From the IMG/VR virus record IMGVR_UViG_3300045974_000760, positions 79,217 to 143,216 of that record: a DNA stretch of 64,000 bases; one strand, given 5' to 3'. Positions within the stretch are counted from its first letter, which is position 1. The number at the start of each line of letters is the position of its first letter. The DNA comes from a virus. The notes under the pieces are model-generated. The model saw nothing but the letters and a program-made list of their open reading frames with translations, did not search any database and was not told the origin of the DNA. Below are positions 54,579-63,960 of the stretch, piece by piece. The position numbers and the translations under genes are program-made.

Positions 54579-55957
54579 TCCGCTGCCGTCGCCTTCAGCA
54601 GGTGGTGAAGGCCCTCCGCGACCTTCTTGGCGCAGTCGCGCCTGCCCATCTTCTCGCGGCGGGTCTCATCAGCGAGAAGAGCAGCCAGCTCCTTGCACGC
54701 GATGGCCATGATGCGCTGGCCCTCGAGGTTGTACAACCAGTACGTGGCCGGGTCGCCCGCACTGTTCTTGATGGCGTCGCCCGTACCCTTGAACACGGTG
54801 TCGGGCTTGCCGAAGCGCGGGTTACCAATAACCCCAAGTTCGCGGGCCATATCGTTCACCAGCAGCGAAGCCACTTCGAATGGCTTGCCAATGGTCCCCG
54901 CCGATACGTGGTTCGTATCATCCGTCTTCGGGATGACGACGACTGCCTGTGGCAGTGTCAGCGGCTTGTTCTCCGAGACCACGAGGATGCTCGAAGGTGA
55001 CTTGGGGCTCACTCCCTCGGGCACCAGCGGGGTGTGCGTGGAAGGGGCCTCAACACCGTACGAGAGATTGGGATTGATGGTCAGGTCGAGCCCGGTGGCC
55101 TGACGAATCGCGATGCTGCGAAGGTCGAGCGCGACATCCAGTGTCATCCGGCCCGCGAGGAACAACATGTACGTCTGCTCGTACACGAGCTTGACGGCGA
55201 TGGGTGCCTCGGCATCCGCCACACGGCGCAGTAGGTCTCCAGCGGTGAAGCGCTTCTCGGTGGCGGGGGCGTGCATGTCTTTCTCCTTGGTGTCGGGTGC
55301 GGCAGGAACAACGGGGTGCTCTTGTGGTGCCTCGGCGGGCTTCGGGCCCACCAGCTTCTCTGCAGGAGTGACGGGGCCATGATTCGCCTCGGCGAACACG
55401 GGCTTTGCGCGGGGTCCGGGGTCCAATATGGCCGCGATGTCAGGCGCTTTCACCTGTCGTCCCCAGTGCCAGCAGTGTCCGAGCAGGGTCACGCCGACCA
55501 CACCACCGCCGGTAAACAAGCGGCGCGCAAGGCGGTACACGTTGAGCTGCTCGCTCCACACGTTGATGAGCTTCATGGGGTACTTGTTCACCCCCTTGTC
55601 GCGGAGAGAGACCCACGTTTCGAACATGCGCAGGGACAGCGGAGTACCCAGGCTCTTCACGTCCATGTACGCCAGTACCTCCTGCACGTTCTTGGTGCCG
55701 GCGTAGACGCGCGCACGATGAGGCGCGAAGATGAGCTCCGGTGTCGTTGCGAGCGCGCCGCGTGCGGGCGCGGCGAAGAGGTCTTGCGCCAGCAGCCCCG
55801 GGAAGAAGTAGTACTCTTCCCCGCTCTCGCTGATGCCGAGCACGACCTCGAGGTCCAGGCCAGGTAGCTCGATGCTGGGCTTGCGGAGATTGCGGATGAC
55901 GTGAACGGAGGAGAGGCGTACGGGCGGGAGGGCGAGTTTGGCGGTGTCTGTGGTCAT
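54575..55957 (-). CDS. Hypothetical protein, possibly antirepressor-like DNA binding
   Basis: C-terminal SAG.IG...V..MA.ELG...W.YN; start reassigned to ATG after dcd. Confidence 0.6.
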   Translation of the reverse strand: MTTDTAKLALPPVRLSSVHVIRNLRKPSIELPGLDLEVVLGISESGEEYYFFPGLLAQDLFAAPARGALATTPELIFAPHRARVYAGTKNVQEVLAYMDVKSLGTPLSLRMFETWVSLRDKGVNKYPMKLINVWSEQLNVYRLARRLFTGGGVVGVTLLGHCWHWGRQVKAPDIAAILDPGPRAKPVFAEANHGPVTPAEKLVGPKPAEAPQEHPVVPAAPDTKEKDMHAPATEKRFTAGDLLRRVADAEAPIAVKLVYEQTYMLFLAGRMTLDVALDLRSIAIRQATGLDLTINPNLSYGVEAPSTHTPLVPEGVSPKSPSSILVVSENKPLTLPQAVVVIPKTDDTNHVSAGTIGKPFEVASLLVNDMARELGVIGNPRFGKPDTVFKGTGDAIKNSAGDPATYWLYNLEGQRIMAIACKELAALLADETRREKMGRRDCAKKVAEGLHHLLKATAAE

Positions 55958-56550
55958 GGCGTTTTCTTGATTCGTGCGGGGATTGGTGTGGCGGGTTGGT
56001 TCTGGTACTTCCCAGAGCGGTCGGCGTACGTTGTGTCGGGGCGATTGCCGCGGATGAAGAGGAGCTGCGCAATCCCCTCCCCCGGATATATCCGAACTGG
56101 GCACGGGCTGTTGTTCGCGAGCTCGATTGTCAGGTAACCCTCCCACCCTGGCTCGAGCGGTGTGACGTTGACGCTGATAGCGACACGCGCGTACGTGGAC
56201 TTGGCAAGGCAAATCGCCTCCACGTTGTCCGGCATCTTGAACCGCTCCATGCTCACGGTGAGCGCGTAGCTGTTGGGCGGGATGATGATGGTCTCGCCCT
56301 CCAGGCACTCCCACGTGAAGAAGCTCTTCTCGTTGGGGACCTTCGGGTCCACAACCACCGTGTGAAGGTTGGTGAAGATCTTCCACGTGTAACCCGCTCG
56401 GATGTCGTACCCGAACGAAGACACGCCGTAACTGATGATGCCTTCGGACTGCTGCTTGGGGACGAATGGCGTAATCATCCCGGAGGAGCCTTCGCACAGT
56501 GCGGCGATCTCCCGGTCGTTGAGTAGTTGCATGAGACCCTTTGAGAACAT
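55954..56550 (-). CDS. dcd: dCTP deaminase
   Basis: ISYGVSSFGYDIR, KSTYAR, VTPLEPGWEG, GKYQNQ. Confidence 0.95.
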   Translation of the reverse strand: MFSKGLMQLLNDREIAALCEGSSGMITPFVPKQQSEGIISYGVSSFGYDIRAGYTWKIFTNLHTVVVDPKVPNEKSFFTWECLEGETIIIPPNSYALTVSMERFKMPDNVEAICLAKSTYARVAISVNVTPLEPGWEGYLTIELANNSPCPVRIYPGEGIAQLLFIRGNRPDTTYADRSGKYQNQPATPIPARIKKTP

Positions 56551-56595
56551 AGCCGCCGGATGCCCGGCGACTAGTGGCGTTGATTGTCCTACCGA

Positions 56596-57927
56596 CTACT
56601 TCTCGAGAATCGTCTGCGACCCGCGGCGGAGCGTCCAATCATCCGCAGCGTCGTTCGTGTACAGCGCGATGTTCGGGTATTCCTTTCGGAACAGCCTGAT
56701 GATGTCCGCGACCTCCATGCGGAGTGTCGGATGTACCGTCGGTCCCGAACGAAGCTCGAGCAGGTGGATGAGCGCAGGTAGCGGGTAGCTTGCGCGCGAG
56801 CGCACCATGAACCCCATGGGCACGTAGTACTGCCGCGGCAGTGCCGGTATCTTCTCGAGCTCTATGGTCAAGTCTTCGATCAGCGCTCTGCCCCGCTTAC
56901 GCAAGTCATCCGGCAACTGCTCGAGGTACCAGGGGTGAAAGCCGAACTCGGTTGTGAGAATCGGCATGCGTGCAAGGTCTCGGCGGTGGCGCTGCAGGTC
57001 GCGGAAGCTGCCGAAGTCGAGCGTGAACAGCCAGTTCAGCCGCAGCGCATCCGCGAGGAACGGTGGTACGAGCGCTCCTCGAGGGCGCGTGAGCAGTAGC
57101 TCGTAGTGCTCCTTCAGCGCAGCCTCGTTGTCGGCCCATTTGATGGCGCCGCGCATGTAGCCCCAGAGAGCCTCTTGGTGTTCGTTCTCGGTGAAGTACG
57201 GCTTCGACTCATCGTCTTCTGCGTAGTAGCGCGTCTCGGCGTGGGCTTCGTACCACTCCAGAACCTCCGGCTTGTCCACGTGGCTGAAGCTCTCCGGGTA
57301 CTTCTCTTGGAGTGCGGCGAGCGCGCGCGAGAACAACAACCGTATCTCGAGGAGTGGGTGGTGCTGCCCCCACTTGATAGCGTCTGCTGCTTGCCTGAAG
57401 TTGGTATGCCAGCTCAGGTTGGTGGTGCAGCCCGCGGGCAACCACGCGCGCAGGATGTCGAAGACGCGGGCCTTGATCGCGCGTCCGTACGTCGCTTCGT
57501 CCTCCGTTTCTTGTCGTGGGTGCAGCGCGCGTACGTGCGCCTCCACGGGCACCTGCGCGTCCTTGTAGAACTGCATCCAGCGATCGAGGATGTCGGCCTT
57601 GTTCCACGGGTCGACGATGTCGCGGTTCGACATGTCGAGGTAGCGGGTCGAGGACTCCTGCCCGCTGAACAACGACCAATCCTCGATGGCCTTTGCTGCA
57701 AGCATCGAGACGTTCTCGAAGAACAGCGTGACGGTACCGCAGTCACCAATCGAGGGGTGGCCATACCCCACGTAGAACTTCGACATGAACTTGCCGCTGC
57801 CTGCCGCCTGGACCTTCTTGTAGTGCTCGCGCGCGCTCGTGTCGCTGCGAGAGTAGAGGGCCTGCAGCATGGCCCCGTCTTGCGGGTCGATACCATCGAG
57901 GAGAAAGACGTCGGAGCGCGGAATCAT
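56596..57927 (-). CDS. thyX: FAD-dependent thymidylate synthase, long ThyX-like form
   Basis: YGHPSIGD, QESSTRY, DFGSFRDLQRHR, ELRS. Confidence 0.85.
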   Translation of the reverse strand: MIPRSDVFLLDGIDPQDGAMLQALYSRSDTSAREHYKKVQAAGSGKFMSKFYVGYGHPSIGDCGTVTLFFENVSMLAAKAIEDWSLFSGQESSTRYLDMSNRDIVDPWNKADILDRWMQFYKDAQVPVEAHVRALHPRQETEDEATYGRAIKARVFDILRAWLPAGCTTNLSWHTNFRQAADAIKWGQHHPLLEIRLLFSRALAALQEKYPESFSHVDKPEVLEWYEAHAETRYYAEDDESKPYFTENEHQEALWGYMRGAIKWADNEAALKEHYELLLTRPRGALVPPFLADALRLNWLFTLDFGSFRDLQRHRRDLARMPILTTEFGFHPWYLEQLPDDLRKRGRALIEDLTIELEKIPALPRQYYVPMGFMVRSRASYPLPALIHLLELRSGPTVHPTLRMEVADIIRLFRKEYPNIALYTNDAADDWTLRRGSQTILEK

Positions 57928-58232
57928 TTCGCTGGCACCGTCGTGTCGATGGCTTCCCACTTGGTAACGCAGAAGCGGAAGCCGCCCGTACCGTCAACCC
58001 ACGTCAGGCGGAACTCGATGTTGCCCCTGCGCGGTTTGCCTACTGCTTCCGAGAGAAGCCACATCGCGTCCTCCTTACGCGTGAGGCGCGCCACCTTGTC
58101 GTTGTCCGTCTCGCTGAGCGTATTGAGGCGGCACACGGCGCGCAACAGGACGTCAGGTACCTGCTCCGACGGTACAACTCCCAGGCACACCGCGTTTGCC
58201 CAATCCTTCACAACTTTAGTCCTCCCGCCCAT
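57924..58232 (-). CDS. Hypothetical protein
   Basis: Coupled ORF with GGAGGAG RBS. Confidence 0.6.
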   Translation of the reverse strand: MGGRTKVVKDWANAVCLGVVPSEQVPDVLLRAVCRLNTLSETDNDKVARLTRKEDAMWLLSEAVGKPRRGNIEFRLTWVDGTGGFRFCVTKWEAIDTTVPAK

Positions 58233-58503
58233 ACTGCTCCTCCTTCACTTCCATCACGTTGCCGTCACGGTCCTCGCGAAGCGCGAGCTGACCCCTGCCC
58301 CGCAGCCCAGGGAAATCCATCAGGTCTTCAATCAAGACGGAGAAGTAGTGCGTCCCTTCCCCGTCCGACCCGTCGTCGAATCCCTCTTGGTGCCTGTCCC
58401 AGAAGTGCGGGACGTAGAGCATCTGCCCCTCGAACTTCCCGGGAGATTGAATGATGTCACGCGAGTCGACTTCGTATTGCTCCAGCAGCTCTTTTCGCGT
58501 CAT
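58216..58503 (-). CDS. Hypothetical protein
   Basis: PGKFEG motif; GGAGGA RBS. Confidence 0.65.
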   Translation of the reverse strand: MTRKELLEQYEVDSRDIIQSPGKFEGQMLYVPHFWDRHQEGFDDGSDGEGTHYFSVLIEDLMDFPGLRGRGQLALREDRDGNVMEVKEEQYGRED

Positions 58504-58517
58504 GTTAGCTTTCCTCC

Positions 58518-58976
58518 ATGCACCGATACATCGCTCTCATTCTGGCTGTTGTACTTCTTGTGAACCCCGCATACGCGCAGCCCAAGCCGGTGCAGGACAT
58601 CCCTCCCGGCGAAGACAACATCGTCGTCGTCAAGAAGGGAGACCCCGCACCGTTCACCGGGCAGTTGTTCGACCCATCGACTGCGCTGCGGTGGGCGAAC
58701 TGGCTCGAGCAGTACCGTCTGCGGCTGAAGGCGGATGTCGAGCTCGAGCAGAAGCGCGGCGAGCTCGGCACGGCCTTGTGGCAGCAGAAGTACACCATCC
58801 AGAAAGACTTCTATGAGGTGCAGCTCGCTCAGGCGTTGAAGGACAAGGAGGCCCTTACTGTGCGGCTGAATGACCGCCCCTGGTACACCACCGTGTGGTT
58901 CGGTTCAGTACTGGGCGTTGTCGGTACCGGCCTACTCGTCGGCGGTACTGCCTACGCCCTTCACGCTACCCGCTGA
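58518..58976 (+). CDS. Secreted/membrane coiled-coil protein (spanin-like)
   Basis: Signal peptide, KGDPAPFTGQL, coiled coil, C-terminal TM. Confidence 0.65.
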   Translation: MHRYIALILAVVLLVNPAYAQPKPVQDIPPGEDNIVVVKKGDPAPFTGQLFDPSTALRWANWLEQYRLRLKADVELEQKRGELGTALWQQKYTIQKDFYEVQLAQALKDKEALTVRLNDRPWYTTVWFGSVLGVVGTGLLVGGTAYALHATR

Positions 58977-59159
58977 CTTCGTACTGTCGTATCCACGTCA
59001 GCAGTACATCGACGGGGTACGACGACACGTTGGGCGGGGTAACTCCGAGTCGTCGGAGTATGGCTTGCAGCTCTTCGGGGGAAGAAGCCGCCAGCACATC
59101 CGCAGATATCTCGAGTAGGTCTTCGGCCTTCGGCGGGGTAACGCCCGCCAGCGGGAAGA

Positions 59160-60290
59160 CTACTTCCGGCCTTTGCCCTCCTTGGCTGGCGCTTTTCCCG
59201 ACGGCTCCGCCTTGCCTTCCGATGGCCGCCCAAGCTCGGCGAATGCCGTGAGCATCTCGTGGGTGCGCTGCTTGACCTCTTCCGGGGTCCAGCCGAACGC
59301 CTCCACTGCCTGCGCGAGCAGCAGCGCGCCCACGGTCAGTGTGACTTGCTGCTGCGCGTGAACTTCGCCGCGCAGCTTCTTGATATCCTCCGCGTTCTCC
59401 TTGCTGACGCGCAGGTTCTCGTCGAGCTGGAGGCGGATGTTGTTGAGCGCGATTGTGTCGTCAGACGCAATCTCGTTCGCCGATGCCTGGATGACTTCCA
59501 GGAGCTCGAGGATGCGAGCCGCACCTGCCCCGCCCGATGCTGCCTTCGCCTCTGCTGGTCGTGGCGCTGGGGCTGGTGTGGCGGAGGCAGGCGGCGGGAT
59601 GGACGCTGGGCGGGGTGTAGGCGCTGGCGTTGGCTCTGGGGGGGCCACCACCGCTGCGCTGACAGGCGCGGGCGTAGGAGGGGGCAGCAGGGTGACAGCA
59701 GCCGGTGCCCCTGATGCACCATCGCGAGCCACCAGGGCTACCAGGATGTTGGCCGCCTGTGCCTCGGGGGAGAGCGCGCCAAAGGCCGTGCGCTCTTCGG
59801 GAGTGCTGAACATCCCGAGCTCCTGCGCGATGGAGCGACGCTTGAACGTGTTGATGGCGGCGATGGCTGCCGCATTGCGTGGGATGCTGTCGAGAACGGC
59901 GTTATCGGACATGTCGAAGGGCGTCTCCGTGTTGGTGCGTTTGCGCGCTGCCAGCTCTTGGCGCTGGTGCTGGTTTGAGGTGACGCAGTAGATGACCTGT
60001 GCGTCGGGGCAGTTGAAGCACTCCCGCGGATTGAACGACTTGAGCGGGCAAGTAATCTGCGCTTCGAGCTTGGTGCGGTGTGCGATGGCCAGCTGCGCCA
60101 GAGCAATGCGCCAAGGGTCGAGCGGGTGCGGGTACATCGGCAGGCTGATGCGCTTGAACATCAAGCGGTCAATCAACTCTGCCCTACTCATGTTCGGGCG
60201 AACGGCTAGGCCATGAAGCTGTCCACGCTGGTACAACTCAGTGCGATTGCAGTCTTCCCAGAGACCGCGCTCATCGCCGGTACTGGTCAA
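59160..60290 (-). CDS. Hypothetical protein with Cys cluster and Pro-rich linker
   Basis: CP...CFNC...C; PAPTP repeats. Confidence 0.7.
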   Translation of the reverse strand: MTSTGDERGLWEDCNRTELYQRGQLHGLAVRPNMSRAELIDRLMFKRISLPMYPHPLDPWRIALAQLAIAHRTKLEAQITCPLKSFNPRECFNCPDAQVIYCVTSNQHQRQELAARKRTNTETPFDMSDNAVLDSIPRNAAAIAAINTFKRRSIAQELGMFSTPEERTAFGALSPEAQAANILVALVARDGASGAPAAVTLLPPPTPAPVSAAVVAPPEPTPAPTPRPASIPPPASATPAPAPRPAEAKAASGGAGAARILELLEVIQASANEIASDDTIALNNIRLQLDENLRVSKENAEDIKKLRGEVHAQQQVTLTVGALLLAQAVEAFGWTPEEVKQRTHEMLTAFAELGRPSEGKAEPSGKAPAKEGKGRK

Positions 60291-60720
60291 AGCTCAAGAC
60301 CTCCCCAAGGTTGATGTTGTCGACGGTGAGGTCGTAGACCCACGCAATGGTGCGTGCTTCGGTCGCGTAGCTCTTCACCACGCCGACGAACATGTGCTGG
60401 CTGTCGTCATAACCGCCCACGTCCTTCAAGCAGTCCTCGAAGAGCTTGACGCGGTTAGTGCCATCAGCGTGCTTATACCGGGTTTTGCAGGTCTTTGGCC
60501 AACCCGCGTTCTCGATGTCCGTCAGGTGGAGGTCGATGATGAGCGCGTAGGGATGGTTGGCCTGGAACAGTCGCAGTTGTGTTGGGTACGTGCGGGACAG
60601 GTGCGCGATGGTCTCGTTCTTGTACTTGCGCCCGACCTCCGAGAGGATGCGTTTGCCGTGCGCGTTGACGTAAGCGTGGTTTGTTGTTGGCGGTACCCCA
60701 GGTACCTCGAGCCGTATCAT
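60271..60720 (-). CDS. RusA-like Holliday junction resolvase
   Basis: PPTTNHAY...D.TNR.K..ED.L.....DDSQ. Confidence 0.8.
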   Translation of the reverse strand: MIRLEVPGVPPTTNHAYVNAHGKRILSEVGRKYKNETIAHLSRTYPTQLRLFQANHPYALIIDLHLTDIENAGWPKTCKTRYKHADGTNRVKLFEDCLKDVGGYDDSQHMFVGVVKSYATEARTIAWVYDLTVDNINLGEVLSFDQYRR

Positions 60721-61333
60721 CGCGCTTTGCCTTTCGTGGTGGAGCGGGGACGGGCGTAGCTTCTGGCGGCGCAGGTTGTGGAGAAGGTGCCGGTACCCAT
60801 CGGGGCCCATCGCTACGGCTGTCGGGTTGCCGTGTCAACGTTTTGAGAGCGCGCTCGACGTATTCGAAGTCTGCCTCCACCGCCGCCTTCTCTTGCAGTA
60901 GTTCTTGCTCGAGAAGCTGTAGCTGCTGGTGGCGAGCATTCTCCCAAATCAAGTCCTTGAGCCCGTCTGCTGTGAGGCGCTCGGCCTTGTCTCGCTGCTC
61001 GTTCTCCTTGCGCTCGCTACGTCGGATGGTTGTAGCGATGTCTGTCTTCTCGTTGTCGTTCTCGAGGAGCTTGCCTTTGAGCCGTGCGAGCCACCGCCCG
61101 TAGTAGCGGAACCAGGGGAGGAGCAGAGCGACGGTCTCCGCGCCTCTGCCTTGTAGGTCACGCAGGTCTTCCGGTGTGACGGTGGGGCAAGGACGTTCTG
61201 GGATGCCGGGCTCGTACAACCCGTAGGAGAGCGTGCGTAGCTTCACAGTCTCAGCGGTCTGCCATTGGCGGTTGATGTTCTCCTGTTGCTGGTCGGTAGG
61301 ACCGAGGTGCTTTGGTAGTGCAAGTCCACTCAT
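60671..61333 (-). CDS. Coiled-coil hypothetical protein (first in-frame TTA at 60671-60673; standard-code end 60473)
   Basis: Helical ORF between Cas4-like and RusA-like genes. Confidence 0.6.
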
Positions 61334-62190
61334 GTTTTCACCACGGGGAGAGAGGTGAGGCGCCCCTTCTTGTTGAGGGTCGCGGGGGCGCACTTCCAGC
61401 TGTAGGGGCAGAACTGGCAGACGACCGTCTCAGTGACGGGGGCATCCACCGTAGCGAGGGCGGGGTCCTCGAGATACTTCCACGCCTCTGCCATCCGCTC
61501 TTCGATACGTGCCCAGCGAGCCGCGTCGAACTTCACAAGGAAGGGACCGCTCGAGGGAGTGACAGTCTGGTCCCCCTTGTTCCAATACATGAACCAGGTG
61601 ACGGGGATGTTGAGGCACGCCATGTAGACGTGTGCCTGGTCGATGTGGTCGGGCTCGGGTGCGCGCAGTTTCTCGAAGGAGTCCGGGGCCTTGGATTTGA
61701 TTTCAATCAGTACCTTGACTAGCGGTGTTCGCGGGGATGCATCCCCCGCGTCGTAGTCGCGTAGCGCCTGCTCGTTCTCCTTGCGCTGCCAGTAGGTGAT
61801 GACCCCATCGGCAGAGGAGTAGATACCCCAGCGCGCGGCCAGCACGTGCGTATCGGGGGTGATGGGCACCTCAGACTCGAAGGTGATGATGCCCTTCGAT
61901 TGAGCGGCCATGTCCTCGAGGTCGCGCTGGACGAGTGTGTGGATGGCCTCGCCCATTTTCATGCGCTGCTTCCACACCACGTTGGCGCGGTCCACCTTCT
62001 CGATGCCGCGCATCGTGTACACCAGCTTGCGCATGCACCCCATCACCTCGCTGGCGTGGATGCCAGCGGGGCGGGGACGATGTGGCCGGATGTCCACCCG
62101 GAGCGAGGTGATGTAGTCGAGGTGCGCTCCAGCAGCTCGGGCCAGGTCTTCTGGAGTCGCGGTATCAAGGTCGGCGATTTTGACGAGCAC
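61330..62190 (-). CDS. Cas4-like PD-(D/E)xK exonuclease
   Basis: HASE..GC.R...G..IH...ADG...IEIKS...QAHVYM...CQFCPY...C. Confidence 0.85.
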   Translation of the reverse strand: MLVKIADLDTATPEDLARAAGAHLDYITSLRVDIRPHRPRPAGIHASEVMGCMRKLVYTMRGIEKVDRANVVWKQRMKMGEAIHTLVQRDLEDMAAQSKGIITFESEVPITPDTHVLAARWGIYSSADGVITYWQRKENEQALRDYDAGDASPRTPLVKVLIEIKSKAPDSFEKLRAPEPDHIDQAHVYMACLNIPVTWFMYWNKGDQTVTPSSGPFLVKFDAARWARIEERMAEAWKYLEDPALATVDAPVTETVVCQFCPYSWKCAPATLNKKGRLTSLPVVKT

Positions 62191-62722
62191 GTATCAACTC
62201 CTCGTAGTCTTCCCAGGGGATGAGTGCCCAGGTCTCAGTGTTGCGGTCGGTTACGCGGTCCTTGAACTTGACCACGAAGGCGGGACTCTCTCCATCCTTG
62301 CAATAGCTGCGGATGTCGTAGAGGTCCTTGCGAGTAACGCGGTAGCTGTCTGCGTAGGTGAACTTCTCCTCGATGCGGGCAATGCCCTTGAGCTGAACGT
62401 CACCTTTGGCCCAGGGCAAAGCCCCGGAGGCAGGCTGTGCTTTGCCTCCGATGGCTTTCGCGGTCCGCTTCTCTTCTCGCTGGCTCTTCTTCTTCATCCC
62501 CTTCTGGAGCAGTGGGATGTCCTCCTCGATGAAGATGAGCGGGACTGGTTTGTCGAGGAGGCAGTCGAGGCACATGAAGTCTGTGCCTTCTTCCGTCGTG
62601 CCGTGCACTCCGTAGATGCAGTACATGGCCGCATCCGTGTGCGCATGTAGCCCGCACACTGCGCACGGGTACAAGTCGCTCGTGGTGCGGGTCAACGTGA
62701 CGGTGACGGTCGTGGTCTTCAT
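62165..62722 (-). CDS. Holliday junction resolvase-like PD-(D/E)xK nuclease with Zn finger
   Basis: E..TAK.IGG..QPASGA...KGDV...IEEK. Confidence 0.75.
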   Translation of the reverse strand: MKTTTVTVTLTRTTSDLYPCAVCGLHAHTDAAMYCIYGVHGTTEEGTDFMCLDCLLDKPVPLIFIEEDIPLLQKGMKKKSQREEKRTAKAIGGKAQPASGALPWAKGDVQLKGIARIEEKFTYADSYRVTRKDLYDIRSYCKDGESPAFVVKFKDRVTDRNTETWALIPWEDYEELIRARQNRRP

Positions 62723-63960
62723 AGCCGGTACAAGACCCGCATCTCGGCTGCGGCGAGGATGTGCTGACGAACAACGAGCTCGCGCTCGTGGTCCTCCTTC
62801 AGCATCGCGATGAACGCCTCACGACTCGGGATGCCCATGACGTTCGTGGGCTCCTTCGTGTGACCCTCGAGCATGTCGATGCCCGTCTCACCGTCGCGCA
62901 GTACACCGAGGCGGAAGCCCGCGGTGATAACGGAGTCGATGTCCTCCTCCGTCGGGTCCCTGTCGAACAGCATCTCGTAGTCGCCTTCGATGCCGTCGTG
63001 GGTACCTGCCTTGCCCTTCTTCACCTTCCACTTCATCCGCTTGCCGATGATGGGGCTCTTGCTGTCGTCATCCCCGCTCACCCCGCCCAGCGCGCGCATG
63101 TACTTGTTGGTCGCGCGCACCTTGCCTGCGTCCTGCAGCGTGAGCGTGACGAGGTTGGCGTGCTTCAGCGCCTCTGCTCCCATCAAGTCCCAGTCGTCCG
63201 CGTACTTCTGCAGGTGCGGAGCAATCTTGCTCTTGTCCTTCGCCCGTACCTGCGTGGTGAAGATGACCCCTGTGCGGTTCTCCCCACTCACACTCGCGGC
63301 CAAGAACTTCTTCGAGAACGTCGTGCACATGGTCGCATGTGCGGACCGCTTGACGGTGTCCTCAATACCTTCCGCCTTGAGCTCCTCGGGTGACTGCGCC
63401 ATCGAGATGCTGTCGAGGAAGATGAGCCCGTAGACCTTCGCCTCGTACGCGTCGATGATGGTGTCGAGCAGCTTGGCGCCATTTTTCGTGCAGAGCGTAT
63501 CGACCGTCCCCGTCTGCGTCTTGAGCCCCTTGATCTCCTCCTTCGTGAGCAAGGGCTGGCGGTTGTTCTTCCGCGCGGTCTGCTCCTGCTCGATGGTCTC
63601 GTCAGGGACCGTCACATCCACACCGCACTTGCGCATGTACATGTGGTCGGGAGCGAACTCGGTGACGCCGTACAGGATGCTGCTCTGCGCGCCGTAGAGC
63701 ATCTGGTGCATGCGCGCCATTCGGTGAAGCAGGCGGGTCTTGCCAACACCGTAGGGCCCACCTACGAGGGACAAGCCACCAGCTGGGAAACCACCACCGA
63801 GGTCGAGGTCCAGCTGCATCAATCCCGTCGGGTACCGCAAGTAGGACGGGTTGACGTGCTTCTCTGCGGGACGGATGGCTGCGTGCCCCAAGCTCTTGTT
63901 GAGCTTCTGCAAGAACACCCGTCGGTCTGCGTCCTGTTCCTTCTTCGTTTTGCCGTGCAT
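62719..63960 (-). CDS. recA: RecA/UvsX recombinase
   Basis: TG...LD..LGGGFP...GPYGVGKT, FLDSI, QVR, GAEALKH. Confidence 0.9.
   Translation of the reverse strand: MHGKTKKEQDADRRVFLQKLNKSLGHAAIRPAEKHVNPSYLRYPTGLMQLDLDLGGGFPAGGLSLVGGPYGVGKTRLLHRMARMHQMLYGAQSSILYGVTEFAPDHMYMRKCGVDVTVPDETIEQEQTARKNNRQPLLTKEEIKGLKTQTGTVDTLCTKNGAKLLDTIIDAYEAKVYGLIFLDSISMAQSPEELKAEGIEDTVKRSAHATMCTTFSKKFLAASVSGENRTGVIFTTQVRAKDKSKIAPHLQKYADDWDLMGAEALKHANLVTLTLQDAGKVRATNKYMRALGGVSGDDDSKSPIIGKRMKWKVKKGKAGTHDGIEGDYEMLFDRDPTEEDIDSVITAGFRLGVLRDGETGIDMLEGHTKEPTNVMGIPSREAFIAMLKEDHERELVVRQHILAAAEMRVLYRL

Noticed and set aside
54575-56638. 687-aa ORF
   Set aside because: The N-terminal third overlaps dcd out of frame; the real start is likely ATG 55957 (ATGA coupling).
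57106-58563. 485-aa plus-strand ORF and other long antisense ORFs
   Set aside because: Shadows of GC-rich genes on the opposite strand (here thyX).
4674-59162. Genome-wide TAG-to-sense recoding (code 15 type)
   Set aside because: TAG ends thyX and the genes ending at 13426, 29039, 33131, 54347 and 59160 at sensible positions; long genes are not fragmented by TAG. Only the 30.2-31.3 kb operon shows internal ambers.
61330-62190. CRISPR-Cas system
   Set aside because: Solo Cas4-like nuclease in a recombination block; no repeat-spacer array or other cas genes seen.
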